NCBI GenBank assembly: GCA_963704645.1
Contig: OY969926.1
Coordinates: 1-64,000 of the forward strand
From: an uncultured bacterium
Lineage (GTDB): Bacteria > Patescibacteriota > JACMRA01
DNA length: 64,000 nt
Direction: 5' to 3'
Position 1 is the first letter of the stretch. Every line of letters starts with the position of its first letter. The position numbers were made by a program, and so were the translations under genes. Shown piece after piece: positions 10,570 to 19,102 of the stretch. The notes under the pieces were generated by a model. The model was given only the letters and a program-made list of their open reading frames with translations, ran no database searches and was not told where the DNA came from.

Positions 10570-11421
10570 TTACAACCTAACCCCTAAAGTACTCATCACC
10601 AATTCATCAAAATAACCTTTGCTATTTACTTTTTTATTAAACCAGATGTCCCACTCTAAATTAATTACATTGTAATTTGGGAATTTCTTTTTTACCACTT
10701 TTTCCTTATCACTACTTTGTCCAACCAGCAAAATTGCAACTTGTTTGCTTTGGTAGTTTTGGTTAAGTTGCTGCAAATCTATTTCACTTTTCAAAGATAA
10801 TATTAAATTTTCATCCTCTTGTTCTAGTACAAATATACAACCCAAACCCACAAACAAAGAACTATAAACGGCAGGACAAACTACCAGAACTAAACTTGGA
10901 ATTATTTCTTCTTTTTGATTTGAAGTGTTTGAATTAACCAAGCTAAACTCGCTTTGGCTGCTATAATTTTTGGTTGAAAAACTGTATAAAACTGCAAGTC
11001 CATAATAGACTGCATAACTATTTGCCTCTGTAGTTAAACTTCCGTCTGAAAGAATTTCTGACCAATCATAATTTTCACTATTATTTAACCAGTTTTGAAC
11101 CAATTGAAAATAGGCTAAATTTGTTTTAATTGAACTATTTTCTACTGTGGGGTTAATAATGGAACGCCACATTTGCAAAGCTAAATTTAAGTTATTCTCA
11201 ATTAGAATTTGCTGATAATTATTACTAAAAACATTTTTTAACTGGTTTCTTAAATCCTCCCCACGTAACATACTCAAGCCCTTTAAATCTGAATCTTCTA
11301 AGCCTAAAACTGACACATTAAACAAATTATCAGCAGTAATTTCTACTGGAATATCTTTAATTTTAGCTGTGTAAGCGTATAACTCTCCTAAAAGCATACT
11401 ATTTATTTTGAAAAGCTTCAA
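10570..11421 (-). CDS. hypothetical protein; C-terminal third resembles V/A-type ATPase subunit F, N-terminal part possibly subunit C-like
   Basis: C-terminal pattern VLVV..F..LG..AILLV..P..VINL..YFDELVMSTLGVRL resembles NtpG/AtpF. The YAYTAKIK start resembles subunit C. Overlaps the upstream E-like gene. Confidence 0.4.
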   Translation of the reverse strand: MKLFKINSMLLGELYAYTAKIKDIPVEITADNLFNVSVLGLEDSDLKGLSMLRGEDLRNQLKNVFSNNYQQILIENNLNLALQMWRSIINPTVENSSIKTNLAYFQLVQNWLNNSENYDWSEILSDGSLTTEANSYAVYYGLAVLYSFSTKNYSSQSEFSLVNSNTSNQKEEIIPSLVLVVCPAVYSSLFVGLGCIFVLEQEDENLILSLKSEIDLQQLNQNYQSKQVAILLVGQSSDKEKVVKKKFPNYNVINLEWDIWFNKKVNSKGYFDELVMSTLGVRL

Positions 11422-11959
11422 TTAATAGTTTTGGCATTAGCATACTTTTTAATGAATTTGGGCTTAATTCATAAATTTTAGAATTAACTTTTACAGCCAA
11501 AGGCCATTTGTTTGAACCATTTACCAGTAGTTTATTTTCTTTAATTGCCTTTACTTTTTTTACCAATTCTAAAAAATTAGCATCAGCGTAAATTTCAATT
11601 TTATCTTTTTCATTATTATTTTCAGCAATTAGTTTAAGTATAAGGTCTTGAATAAAGTTAACGAAATCTTGACTTCCAAAATATTTATCTAGTGTTTTTT
11701 CAGCAGAAATAATAAAATTTTCTAAAGCTTGCTTTTCTTGTTCTTGGCTTTGAATTAATAGGTTTGTTTGCTTCTCTAAATTAATTTTATCCTTAATATC
11801 TTTTTTAATTGAAACTTTTAATTCCTCTTTCTGATGTTTATATTTTATCTCCAATTCTTTTTTTTCTTCCTGCAATTTGCTTAGCTTCTGTTCCAAATTT
11901 TCTATTTCCTCATTAATGTAATGAATTTTCTTAAGATCATCTAAATTTGGAAGCGACAT
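11399..11959 (-). CDS. putative V/A-type ATPase subunit E-like protein
   Basis: N-terminal coiled coil followed by an alpha/beta domain (IEIYAD..LAVKVNSKIYELSPNSL..F). ATG 11959 lies 35 nt from a minus-strand TTGACA at 11994. Confidence 0.45.
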   Translation of the reverse strand: MSLPNLDDLKKIHYINEEIENLEQKLSKLQEEKKELEIKYKHQKEELKVSIKKDIKDKINLEKQTNLLIQSQEQEKQALENFIISAEKTLDKYFGSQDFVNFIQDLILKLIAENNNEKDKIEIYADANFLELVKKVKAIKENKLLVNGSNKWPLAVKVNSKIYELSPNSLKSMLMPKLLIEAFQNK

Positions 11960-11988
11960 ACACTTTAATTGATACACCTAGTACCGAA

Positions 11989-12005
11989 TGTCAACACCTT
12001 TGACA
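11989..12005. promoter_or_regulatory. back-to-back sigma70 -35 boxes for divergent genes
   Basis: TGTCAA-cacct-TTGACA. On the + strand TTGACA-17 bp-TAAAAT precedes GTG 12035. Confidence 0.7.
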
Positions 12006-12034
12006 GCCCCATTAAGTTTAGCTAAAATTTAGCG

Positions 12035-13054
12035 GTGAAGTCTAAAAGAAAACAATTTTCTATTCAATTTTTGTGGAGATTAAGATACAGGTTATACGCT
12101 ATTTTAATTTCTATATTATTAATTCCCCTTCTGTACGGTTCAGCCAGCACAGCGCCTGTACAAGTAACAAGTCAGGCTTTAGCTTCTTCTGGATTTCAAG
12201 TTGTAGACGAAAACCTGGTTTATAAAACCTTAGTAAGGAAATCTGCTTCAACAACAGTAGCCGAAGTAGTCAAAAACCCCATAGTTGATAAAATTTTATG
12301 CACCCAAGACGGTGTGTGCACATACTACGACAAAAATGGACAAGACATAACTACCCTGTTGTCTAACTTAAATCTAGATTATCGTTCAAGTCAGGCTTTT
12401 ATTGAACTTGGTTTGCCAAGCCCTGTTATTCAAGGAACTGCCACTGCCACAGACTCACCCCCTCGTAAAAAAACTTTACAAGAATTAGTCCCATCACCTT
12501 CCAGTGCCAATAGAACTAGTTTCTTAAGCTACCCAGTTTACAACGTAAACACACCAATCATTTGGTCTACTTTGGAAGATTTATTTAAGAAAAACCAAGA
12601 TGGAAGTTGCTGCAATTTGCAAGATCCCATAGATCAAAGTCCTGTGGATTCACCTATTCAAGAAAAGTTAAAAGATGGAATTGTGCACATTGCTTTTCAA
12701 CCACTTCCGGGTGAGTTAGGAAACAGCTATATTGTAGGTCACAGCAGTAATTTTTCTTTTATTAAAAGTAGTTATAACTCAATTTTTAAACCATTGGAAA
12801 AGCAAAGCAAGCCAGGACAAATTTTTACCATCTGGGATCAGCAAGGTAGACAACTAACTTTTAAGGTTTTTGAGGCCAAAGAAATTAGAGAAAACGATGT
12901 TGCTGAAGCCTATAAAAATTACCCAAACTGCAGAGTAGTAACTTTGCAAACTTCTATTTTAGAATGGGTTGGCGGGCAATTATTACCTACTAAACGCTGG
13001 ATAACAAGGGGTGAATTACAGCTTCCAGAAGCAGACAGAGATTGCCAATTATAG
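12035..13054 (+). CDS. sortase-family protein with the catalytic Cys position replaced by Ser
   Basis: N-terminal TM anchor, PGELGNSYIVGHSS (His), VTLQTS instead of TLxTC, KRWI (Arg). Confidence 0.85.
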   Translation: MKSKRKQFSIQFLWRLRYRLYAILISILLIPLLYGSASTAPVQVTSQALASSGFQVVDENLVYKTLVRKSASTTVAEVVKNPIVDKILCTQDGVCTYYDKNGQDITTLLSNLNLDYRSSQAFIELGLPSPVIQGTATATDSPPRKKTLQELVPSPSSANRTSFLSYPVYNVNTPIIWSTLEDLFKKNQDGSCCNLQDPIDQSPVDSPIQEKLKDGIVHIAFQPLPGELGNSYIVGHSSNFSFIKSSYNSIFKPLEKQSKPGQIFTIWDQQGRQLTFKVFEAKEIRENDVAEAYKNYPNCRVVTLQTSILEWVGGQLLPTKRWITRGELQLPEADRDCQL

Positions 13055-13114
13055 CTTAAATATTTGACACAAATTAGGCCTTCTAGTTTATGCTTGTAAG
13101 TATATTATTAAACT

Positions 13115-13648
13115 ATGGCAGAATTTAAACTAAGCAGGGGGCTACTTTCAGCATACTATATTGCAGTTCTTATTTCTTACCCATTATTCAGATTAATTAA
13201 AGATTCAATTAATGTTTGGGTTACCTGGTTAATTAGTGCAATTAAAGTTTCTACCGGTGCAACATTACAGGGTAACGCACCACTGTGGCTATCTTTGTTT
13301 TTTGTTTGTTTCGCCATTACCTTTTTAATTCGTAAATTTATTGTTCAACCTTTGGGTTTTTACATTAATGATGAAGGTGCTACCAACGTTGAACTTTGGG
13401 TTACACTTTTCCTAATTTTAGGAGCTTATATCTATTTCATAAATCAGGTTTTCAGCCAACCTATGCCTACCGAATTACCAGTATGGATAATGAAGCTAGT
13501 AGATGGCTATAAACACACCTTTGTCACAACTAGCGTTACAAGTATTGAAGAAAATAACACTTGGGTAATTGTGCCCTGGCTTTGGAACATTGCCCCAATA
13601 GCATTCATGTACTTCAACGTTCGCTTGAAAAAAGCACCAGCCAAATAA
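13115..13648 (+). CDS. membrane protein, hypothetical
   Basis: Four hydrophobic segments. TTGACA upstream near 13064. Confidence 0.65.
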   Translation: MAEFKLSRGLLSAYYIAVLISYPLFRLIKDSINVWVTWLISAIKVSTGATLQGNAPLWLSLFFVCFAITFLIRKFIVQPLGFYINDEGATNVELWVTLFLILGAYIYFINQVFSQPMPTELPVWIMKLVDGYKHTFVTTSVTSIEENNTWVIVPWLWNIAPIAFMYFNVRLKKAPAK

Positions 13649-13654
13649 AAAAAC

Positions 13655-13789
13655 GTAGAGGCAACCACCGTGTTGTCTTATCATCATAAAAAAATAGCGG
13701 AGACCCCCGGTCTCCATAAGCACTCCATAATTAAATTGAGCAAAACCCTCGTAGCGGCGAGCCCGCCTCGCCATGACACGCCTCGCCAT
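13655..13789 (+). repeat. cluster of three GTAG/ATAG-headed REP-like hairpins (family A)
   Basis: GTAGAGGCAAC..GTTGTCT (13655), ATAGCGGAGACC..GGTCTCCAT (13694), GTAGCGGCGAG..CTCGCCAT (13751), plus a partial duplicate. Confidence 0.8.
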
Positions 13790-13847
13790 CAATTTCTGTT
13801 TATACAAAACGAGTGACAACTCCCAGTCTCCACAAACCAAAACCCCA

Positions 13848-14831
13848 ATGAACAAATACCCCTACCCAACATTAATTTCTATTCAAGGTGTTACAGGCAG
13901 TGGAAAGTCTAGTTTAAGTATAGATTTAGCTAAATATTTTTTAAATCAAAAAAATGACAGTGTTTGGGTTATCAACGCCGATTCCAGACAAGTTTATAAA
14001 AATTTAAATATTGGAACAGCTAAAATTAATGGGAAATGGGAAGAACAAGACAGCTTAAAAGCTTTTTATTTTGAAGATTCCAGTGGGTGTAAAATTCCAC
14101 ACTTTTTAATTGATTACATAAATTTAGACCAAGATTACGGACTAACAAACTATATTTCAGATTTTGAAAGTTTGATGAGCAAAGATAATATTCCAAAATA
14201 TATAATACTAGTTGGGGGAAGCGGATTGTATTCTAAAGCTATTGTTAGCGGCGAACAACCGACTATAATTTTAGCCGAATTTCAAAAAAGTTTTTACGAA
14301 TTAAAAGAAAAGTTAAATAAATTATCGCTTTACCAGCTGCAGAGCAAAATTTCTGCTGAAGACAAAGCAAAAATAAACTACTCCGATTTTAACAATTCCA
14401 GAAGATTAATAAATAAGATTTTAAATGAAACAGCCAAGAACAGTGAATGGATTGATTTTTCTGAAACCAAAAGTAAAGTTCAGTTTGAAAAAGTTTATCA
14501 GTTTGGACTAAAAATTGACCAAGAAGTATGGGAGAGTGGAATTAAACAAAGAGTTGAAGAATGGACTTTTGAACCAGACGAAAACAACAAATTAATTCAA
14601 GAAACCAAAAATTTAGAGTTTTTAGGACCAAGCAAAATTCAACAACTAGGCTTTGAATATTCAATAACTTACGACTACATTCAAGGTAAATTTGCAAAAC
14701 CAGACTGGCAAAACAGGCTATTCCTAGCCAACCGAAAATACGCCAAAAAACAACAAACCTGGCTAAACAAACAACAAAGCTTGGTATCGATAGAAAGTTT
14801 AGAAGAAATTGTGGAAATATTAAACCTGTAG
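13848..14831 (+). CDS. miaA: tRNA (adenosine(37)-N6)-dimethylallyltransferase
   Basis: GVTGSGKS, INADSRQVY..LNIGTAK, VGGSGLY, RKYAKKQQTW. Start moved to ATG 13848 because ATG 13773 lies inside a repeat. Confidence 0.9.
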   Translation: MNKYPYPTLISIQGVTGSGKSSLSIDLAKYFLNQKNDSVWVINADSRQVYKNLNIGTAKINGKWEEQDSLKAFYFEDSSGCKIPHFLIDYINLDQDYGLTNYISDFESLMSKDNIPKYIILVGGSGLYSKAIVSGEQPTIILAEFQKSFYELKEKLNKLSLYQLQSKISAEDKAKINYSDFNNSRRLINKILNETAKNSEWIDFSETKSKVQFEKVYQFGLKIDQEVWESGIKQRVEEWTFEPDENNKLIQETKNLEFLGPSKIQQLGFEYSITYDYIQGKFAKPDWQNRLFLANRKYAKKQQTWLNKQQSLVSIESLEEIVEILNL

Positions 14832-14944
14832 AGGCGAGCCCGTCTCGCCAACATGAAGGTGAGAACCAAACCAGTGGCGGAGGCCTCACGGTCTCCATTG
14901 TGAAAATCGAATTGCCCCCTTGTAGCGGCGATGCCCCATCGCCA
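14828..14944 (+). repeat. cluster of three family A REP-like hairpins; the first overlaps the miaA stop codon
   Basis: GTAGAGGCGAG..CTCGCCA (14828), GTGGCGGAGGCC..GGTCTCCAT (14874), GTAGCGGCGATG..CATCGCCA (14922). Confidence 0.8.
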
Positions 14945-15354
14945 AAAACACCCTAGAATATGAAAATATTCCGTCCAAAACCCGATACCAGACAATTATT
15001 GAGGAAAATGAACGGGAAAATGGCTGGACTCCAAGTTAAACAAACCCTACCAGCCAGTTCCAATATTTGACGAGTTTAATTTTAAGTAAAATTTAAAAGG
15101 GGGAACTTTTTCAATCAAAGAAAAGCCCCTTACAAGAGGGGTGTCCGAAAGATGGGTGGATGTTCTTAAGTTTAAAAACAAATTTCCTCTCCAATAAAAA
15201 AAAGAACCGTAATTGAATATCTTTTTCTAGAAATCCTAGAAGTAAAACCACACATTTAGCCAACTGGACAAAACCGAAAAATTGAAATTATTTTAAGGAG
15301 GTAGTTAATTCAACTACATTTAAATTAACTCTACTTTAACTAAGGAGAAAATCA

Positions 15355-15762
15355 ATGACGGCGAGAGTAACAGGCGGCTGGCAACCAACAAGTGGAAATG
15401 CCACAGAAACTGATTGGGAATTTCGCGATCAACAAGGAAACTTGCTTGCTTCATGCACCAAAAGTTTCAGAGAACAGGCTGTTAATTGGCAAGATCTTAA
15501 TACGGAGTGGTACACTCCTGAGAGAGATCAAGAAAATCTCGAAGGCAGCAAGGCGATGTTCCCTGGTGAATGGTTTGTAAATCCACAAGATCCAACTGAT
15601 TGGTATTTCTGCATCGGCACAGACCCAGAAACAAGCGAGCGAATCTACCGTAAACGTGTAGTGTTGTTTGCTGAAGGAGTTCCTGACAGATATGACGACG
15701 CATTCTCTCTTTTCAACGTTGATATCAAACATTCCCAGTGGCATGTTGATGATATTACCTAG
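15355..15762 (+). CDS. hypothetical acidic, Trp-rich protein
   Basis: Strong SD TAAGGAG, own terminator near 15793-15827, GC content higher than flanks. Confidence 0.6.
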   Translation: MTARVTGGWQPTSGNATETDWEFRDQQGNLLASCTKSFREQAVNWQDLNTEWYTPERDQENLEGSKAMFPGEWFVNPQDPTDWYFCIGTDPETSERIYRKRVVLFAEGVPDRYDDAFSLFNVDIKHSQWHVDDIT

Positions 15763-16027
15763 AAATTGTTAAACTTTTTTATAAAATTCGAAACTCGCAC
15801 TTCCTATAAACGGATTTGCGGGTTTTTATATAGGCAAAATGTTTTTATTAATCAAGATATTTTGATCCTAGGTGCATTATAGAATTTTGTGCAAACAACT
15901 CTCAAATTAAAAATAACTTCTTTTTAGTTCCAAAATAACAGCTTCACCCACCTTCCCCACCCCGCCTTGACAAGATAAACGGCACAACCAACACTGGTTA
16001 GTATCAAGCATTTTGCATAAATAAATT

Positions 16028-18868
16028 ATGGCCACCAAAACTTCCACCAAGAAAAGCTCTAGCAACAAAACCGTTTCTTCCCAAACAAATCAAAACAAAA
16101 TGTCTGAAAAGGTAAAAGATATAGATAATTCTGTAGAATTAAAAACAACCCAAACTACACAAGAAAACAGCTCAAAAACTGAAATGAAAAAAGTAGCAAC
16201 TAAGCCAACAAAAGAAAAATTAGTTACAAAACCAAGAAGCAATTTCAGCAAAATGCTAGATGCATTAGTTGGAGAAAAGAAAGAAATTTCTAAGTACGAC
16301 AAAATTGTTTTGCAAGTTGAGGCTTTTGAATCAGAAATTAAGAAATTAAGCAACGCCGAATTAAAAGGTAAAACTTTGCAGTTCAGAGAAAAATTAGAAG
16401 GTTTAGAGGGAAAAGCATTAGAAGACAAATTAAGCCAACTATTGCCAGAAGCTTTTGCTGTAGTTCGTGAAGCATCTGTTAGAGCTATTGGAAAAAGACA
16501 TTTTAACGTTCAATTAATTGGAGGTATGGTACTTAATGATGGTAGAATTGCTGAAATGAAAACTGGAGAAGGAAAAACTTTAGTAGCCACACTTACCGCT
16601 TACTTAAATGCTTTACCAAGCAAAAGCCAAGTTCACGTTGTAACAGTAAATGACTATTTGGCTAGAGTTGGAGGTTCTTGGATGGGTCAAGTTTTTGACT
16701 TTTTAGGAATGACAATTGGGGTTATTCACAACCAAGCTTCTTACAGATTTAAACTTGGAGCTGGTGATGATGCTGCTTCCGATAGAAAAAGAGCTTTGGG
16801 TAAAGTTGAAGATTATGAAGACGGCGAAAAGCAAGATTCCAGCACAGTTTTAGATGTAAAACATTTAGTTCCATGTGACAGAAAAGATGCATATTGGGAT
16901 GAAGAAAACAATGTAGCTATAGATATTGTATACGGTGTAAACTCTGAATTCGGTTTTGATTACCTACGTGACAACATGGCTAGCACCCCACAAGAAATGT
17001 CTCAGAAAGCTGGGCAAGTTGTGGCCATTATTGATGAAGTTGACGCTATTTTAATTGACGAAGCTAGAACACCTTTAATTATTTCATCTCAAGATGCAGA
17101 TTCTTCTGCTAGATATAATCAGTTTGCTAATGTGGTTGAAAAACTAACTCCAGACTTAGATTACACCGTAGATGAAAAGCGTAAGGTTGTAACCTTAACC
17201 GAACTTGGAATTGAAAAAGTTGAAAGTTTGCTAAGCATTAAAAACCTTTATGGAAGCAGCGAAAACGTAGTTTTAATTCACCATTTAGACCAAGCTTTGA
17301 AGGCAAAAACTTTATTCAAGCGTGAAAAAGAATATGTTGTAAAAGAAGGCGAAGCAATTATTGTAGACGAATTTACAGGAAGATTAATGGTTGGAAGAAG
17401 ATTTAACCAAGGTTTACACCAAGCTATTGAAGCTAAAGAAGGAATCAAAATTCAGGCTGAAAGTAAAACTGTTGCCACAATTACATTCCAAAACTACTTC
17501 AGACTTTACTCTAAACTTTGTGGTATGACTGGAACAGCTGCTACAGAATCTGAGGAATTGTTCAAGATTTACAAATTACTTGTTGTCACCATTCCAACTA
17601 ACAAACCAATGATTAGAAAAGATTTAGCCGACAAAATTTTTAAGAACGAATCTGGTAAATTTAAAGCCATTGTACGTGACATCGCCGACATTCATAGAAA
17701 GGGTCAGCCAATATTAATTGGTACAACTTCCATTGAAAGAAACTTATTACTAAGTAAATTTTTAAACGAAGCTGGAATTAGCCACGAAGTTTTGAACGCT
17801 AAAAACCACGAACAAGAAGCAAGAATTATTTCTAATGCTGGTAAAAAAGGCATGGTAACTTTAGCTACAAACATTGCTGGTCGTGGTGTTGATATTATTT
17901 TAGGTGGAAACCCTCCAGAAGATAAAGCTGGAAAAGAAGCTTGGCAGAAAGAACATGACGAAGTTGTAGCTGCAGGAGGTTTATTCGTAATTGGAACTGA
18001 AAGACACGAAAGCAGAAGAATTGATAATCAACTTCGTGGACGTGCCGGAAGACAAGGAGACCCTGGTTTAAGCCAATTCTATATTTCTTTAGAAGATTAC
18101 ATTTTACGTGTGTTCGGTGGAGACAGAGTTGCTTACTACCAAATGTTACCAATTGCTGATGATGAAGCTATTTCTAACGGAATTTTATCTAGAGTAATTG
18201 AAGAAGCTCAGAAAAGAATTGAAGGTCAAAACTACGATATTCGTAAGCATGTTACAGAATATGATGACGTTATTAACAGACAAAGAAGTGTTGTTTACGC
18301 CAGAAGAAGAAAAGTTTTATTAAACGAAGGCTTTGATTGGCAAGTTGAAACTGAAAAGTCTTTGTCTCGTGAAGTTTACAGAAGTGTGAAGCAAATTCAA
18401 AAACCTGTGAATGCCAAAAAAGGTTTGGACGCAGGACAGTTGGAACAAGCAAGTAAAGACTTAAAAAATATTCTAAACTTAGCCGATTTTGATGCCGATG
18501 TTTTGAAAATATTATTCACCGATAGCAAATACAACGCGGAAAAAGTGGCTAACTTGTTAAGCGAAAAGCTAAATCACCAACTTAAAACTAGATGGGAAAT
18601 TTACGAAACCAAAATTCAAGCAGCGATGGTTAGATTTGTTTACTTAAGGGCTATAGATATTCTTTGGACAGAACACCTTGTAACTGTTGACCATTTAAAT
18701 GACTCCGTAAGACTTAGAGGCTATTCTCAAAAAGATCCTTTGGTAGAATTTAAGCAAGATGGAATGAATTTGTTCTTAAACTTATTAGGGGAAATTGACC
18801 GCGAAGTTGCCAACAGCATTTTCCAAACCAACCCAGACATTGTACCTTCTGGTATTTTGAAGAGTTAA
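16028..18868 (+). CDS. secA: preprotein translocase subunit SecA
   Basis: AEMKTGEGKT, VTVNDYLA, FGFDYLRDN, IIDEVD.ILIDEARTPL, GMTGTA, NQLRGRAGRQGDPG. Carries a ~70-aa S/T/K-rich N-terminal extension. Confidence 0.98.
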   Translation: MATKTSTKKSSSNKTVSSQTNQNKMSEKVKDIDNSVELKTTQTTQENSSKTEMKKVATKPTKEKLVTKPRSNFSKMLDALVGEKKEISKYDKIVLQVEAFESEIKKLSNAELKGKTLQFREKLEGLEGKALEDKLSQLLPEAFAVVREASVRAIGKRHFNVQLIGGMVLNDGRIAEMKTGEGKTLVATLTAYLNALPSKSQVHVVTVNDYLARVGGSWMGQVFDFLGMTIGVIHNQASYRFKLGAGDDAASDRKRALGKVEDYEDGEKQDSSTVLDVKHLVPCDRKDAYWDEENNVAIDIVYGVNSEFGFDYLRDNMASTPQEMSQKAGQVVAIIDEVDAILIDEARTPLIISSQDADSSARYNQFANVVEKLTPDLDYTVDEKRKVVTLTELGIEKVESLLSIKNLYGSSENVVLIHHLDQALKAKTLFKREKEYVVKEGEAIIVDEFTGRLMVGRRFNQGLHQAIEAKEGIKIQAESKTVATITFQNYFRLYSKLCGMTGTAATESEELFKIYKLLVVTIPTNKPMIRKDLADKIFKNESGKFKAIVRDIADIHRKGQPILIGTTSIERNLLLSKFLNEAGISHEVLNAKNHEQEARIISNAGKKGMVTLATNIAGRGVDIILGGNPPEDKAGKEAWQKEHDEVVAAGGLFVIGTERHESRRIDNQLRGRAGRQGDPGLSQFYISLEDYILRVFGGDRVAYYQMLPIADDEAISNGILSRVIEEAQKRIEGQNYDIRKHVTEYDDVINRQRSVVYARRRKVLLNEGFDWQVETEKSLSREVYRSVKQIQKPVNAKKGLDAGQLEQASKDLKNILNLADFDADVLKILFTDSKYNAEKVANLLSEKLNHQLKTRWEIYETKIQAAMVRFVYLRAIDILWTEHLVTVDHLNDSVRLRGYSQKDPLVEFKQDGMNLFLNLLGEIDREVANSIFQTNPDIVPSGILKS

Positions 18869-18889
18869 AAAACAGCAGCAATTTGTATT

Positions 18890-18914
18890 GTAGAGGCGAC
18901 CTTCGGGTCGCCAT
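18890..18914 (+). repeat. family A REP-like hairpin
   Basis: GTAGA GGCGACC TTCG GGTCGCC AT. Confidence 0.8.
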
Positions 18915-19102
18915 GTTTTATGTATAGTTTATCATGCACAGTGACAGGATTGCAAGCCAGTTTTGTTGTAATTGATGGTATAATAATATTTTCACTAAAT
19001 AAATTTTCAGGTAAGCATAAATTTTATAAGACTAATAAATAAGTTAAAAATAAAAAAAACAGGCTCAACTTGTGAACCTGTATAATTTGTTTTTTACATT
19101 TT

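Noticed and set aside
13496-14995. Antisense ORFs 13496-13855, 14542-14898 and 14681-14995, and the extended miaA start at 13773
   Set aside because: They arise from GC-rich repeats and overlap real genes, with no recognisable motifs.
15945-15966. G-quadruplex-like tract upstream of the secA promoter (minus strand)
   Set aside because: One of the four G-runs has only two G residues and it is a single occurrence, so it cannot be supported.
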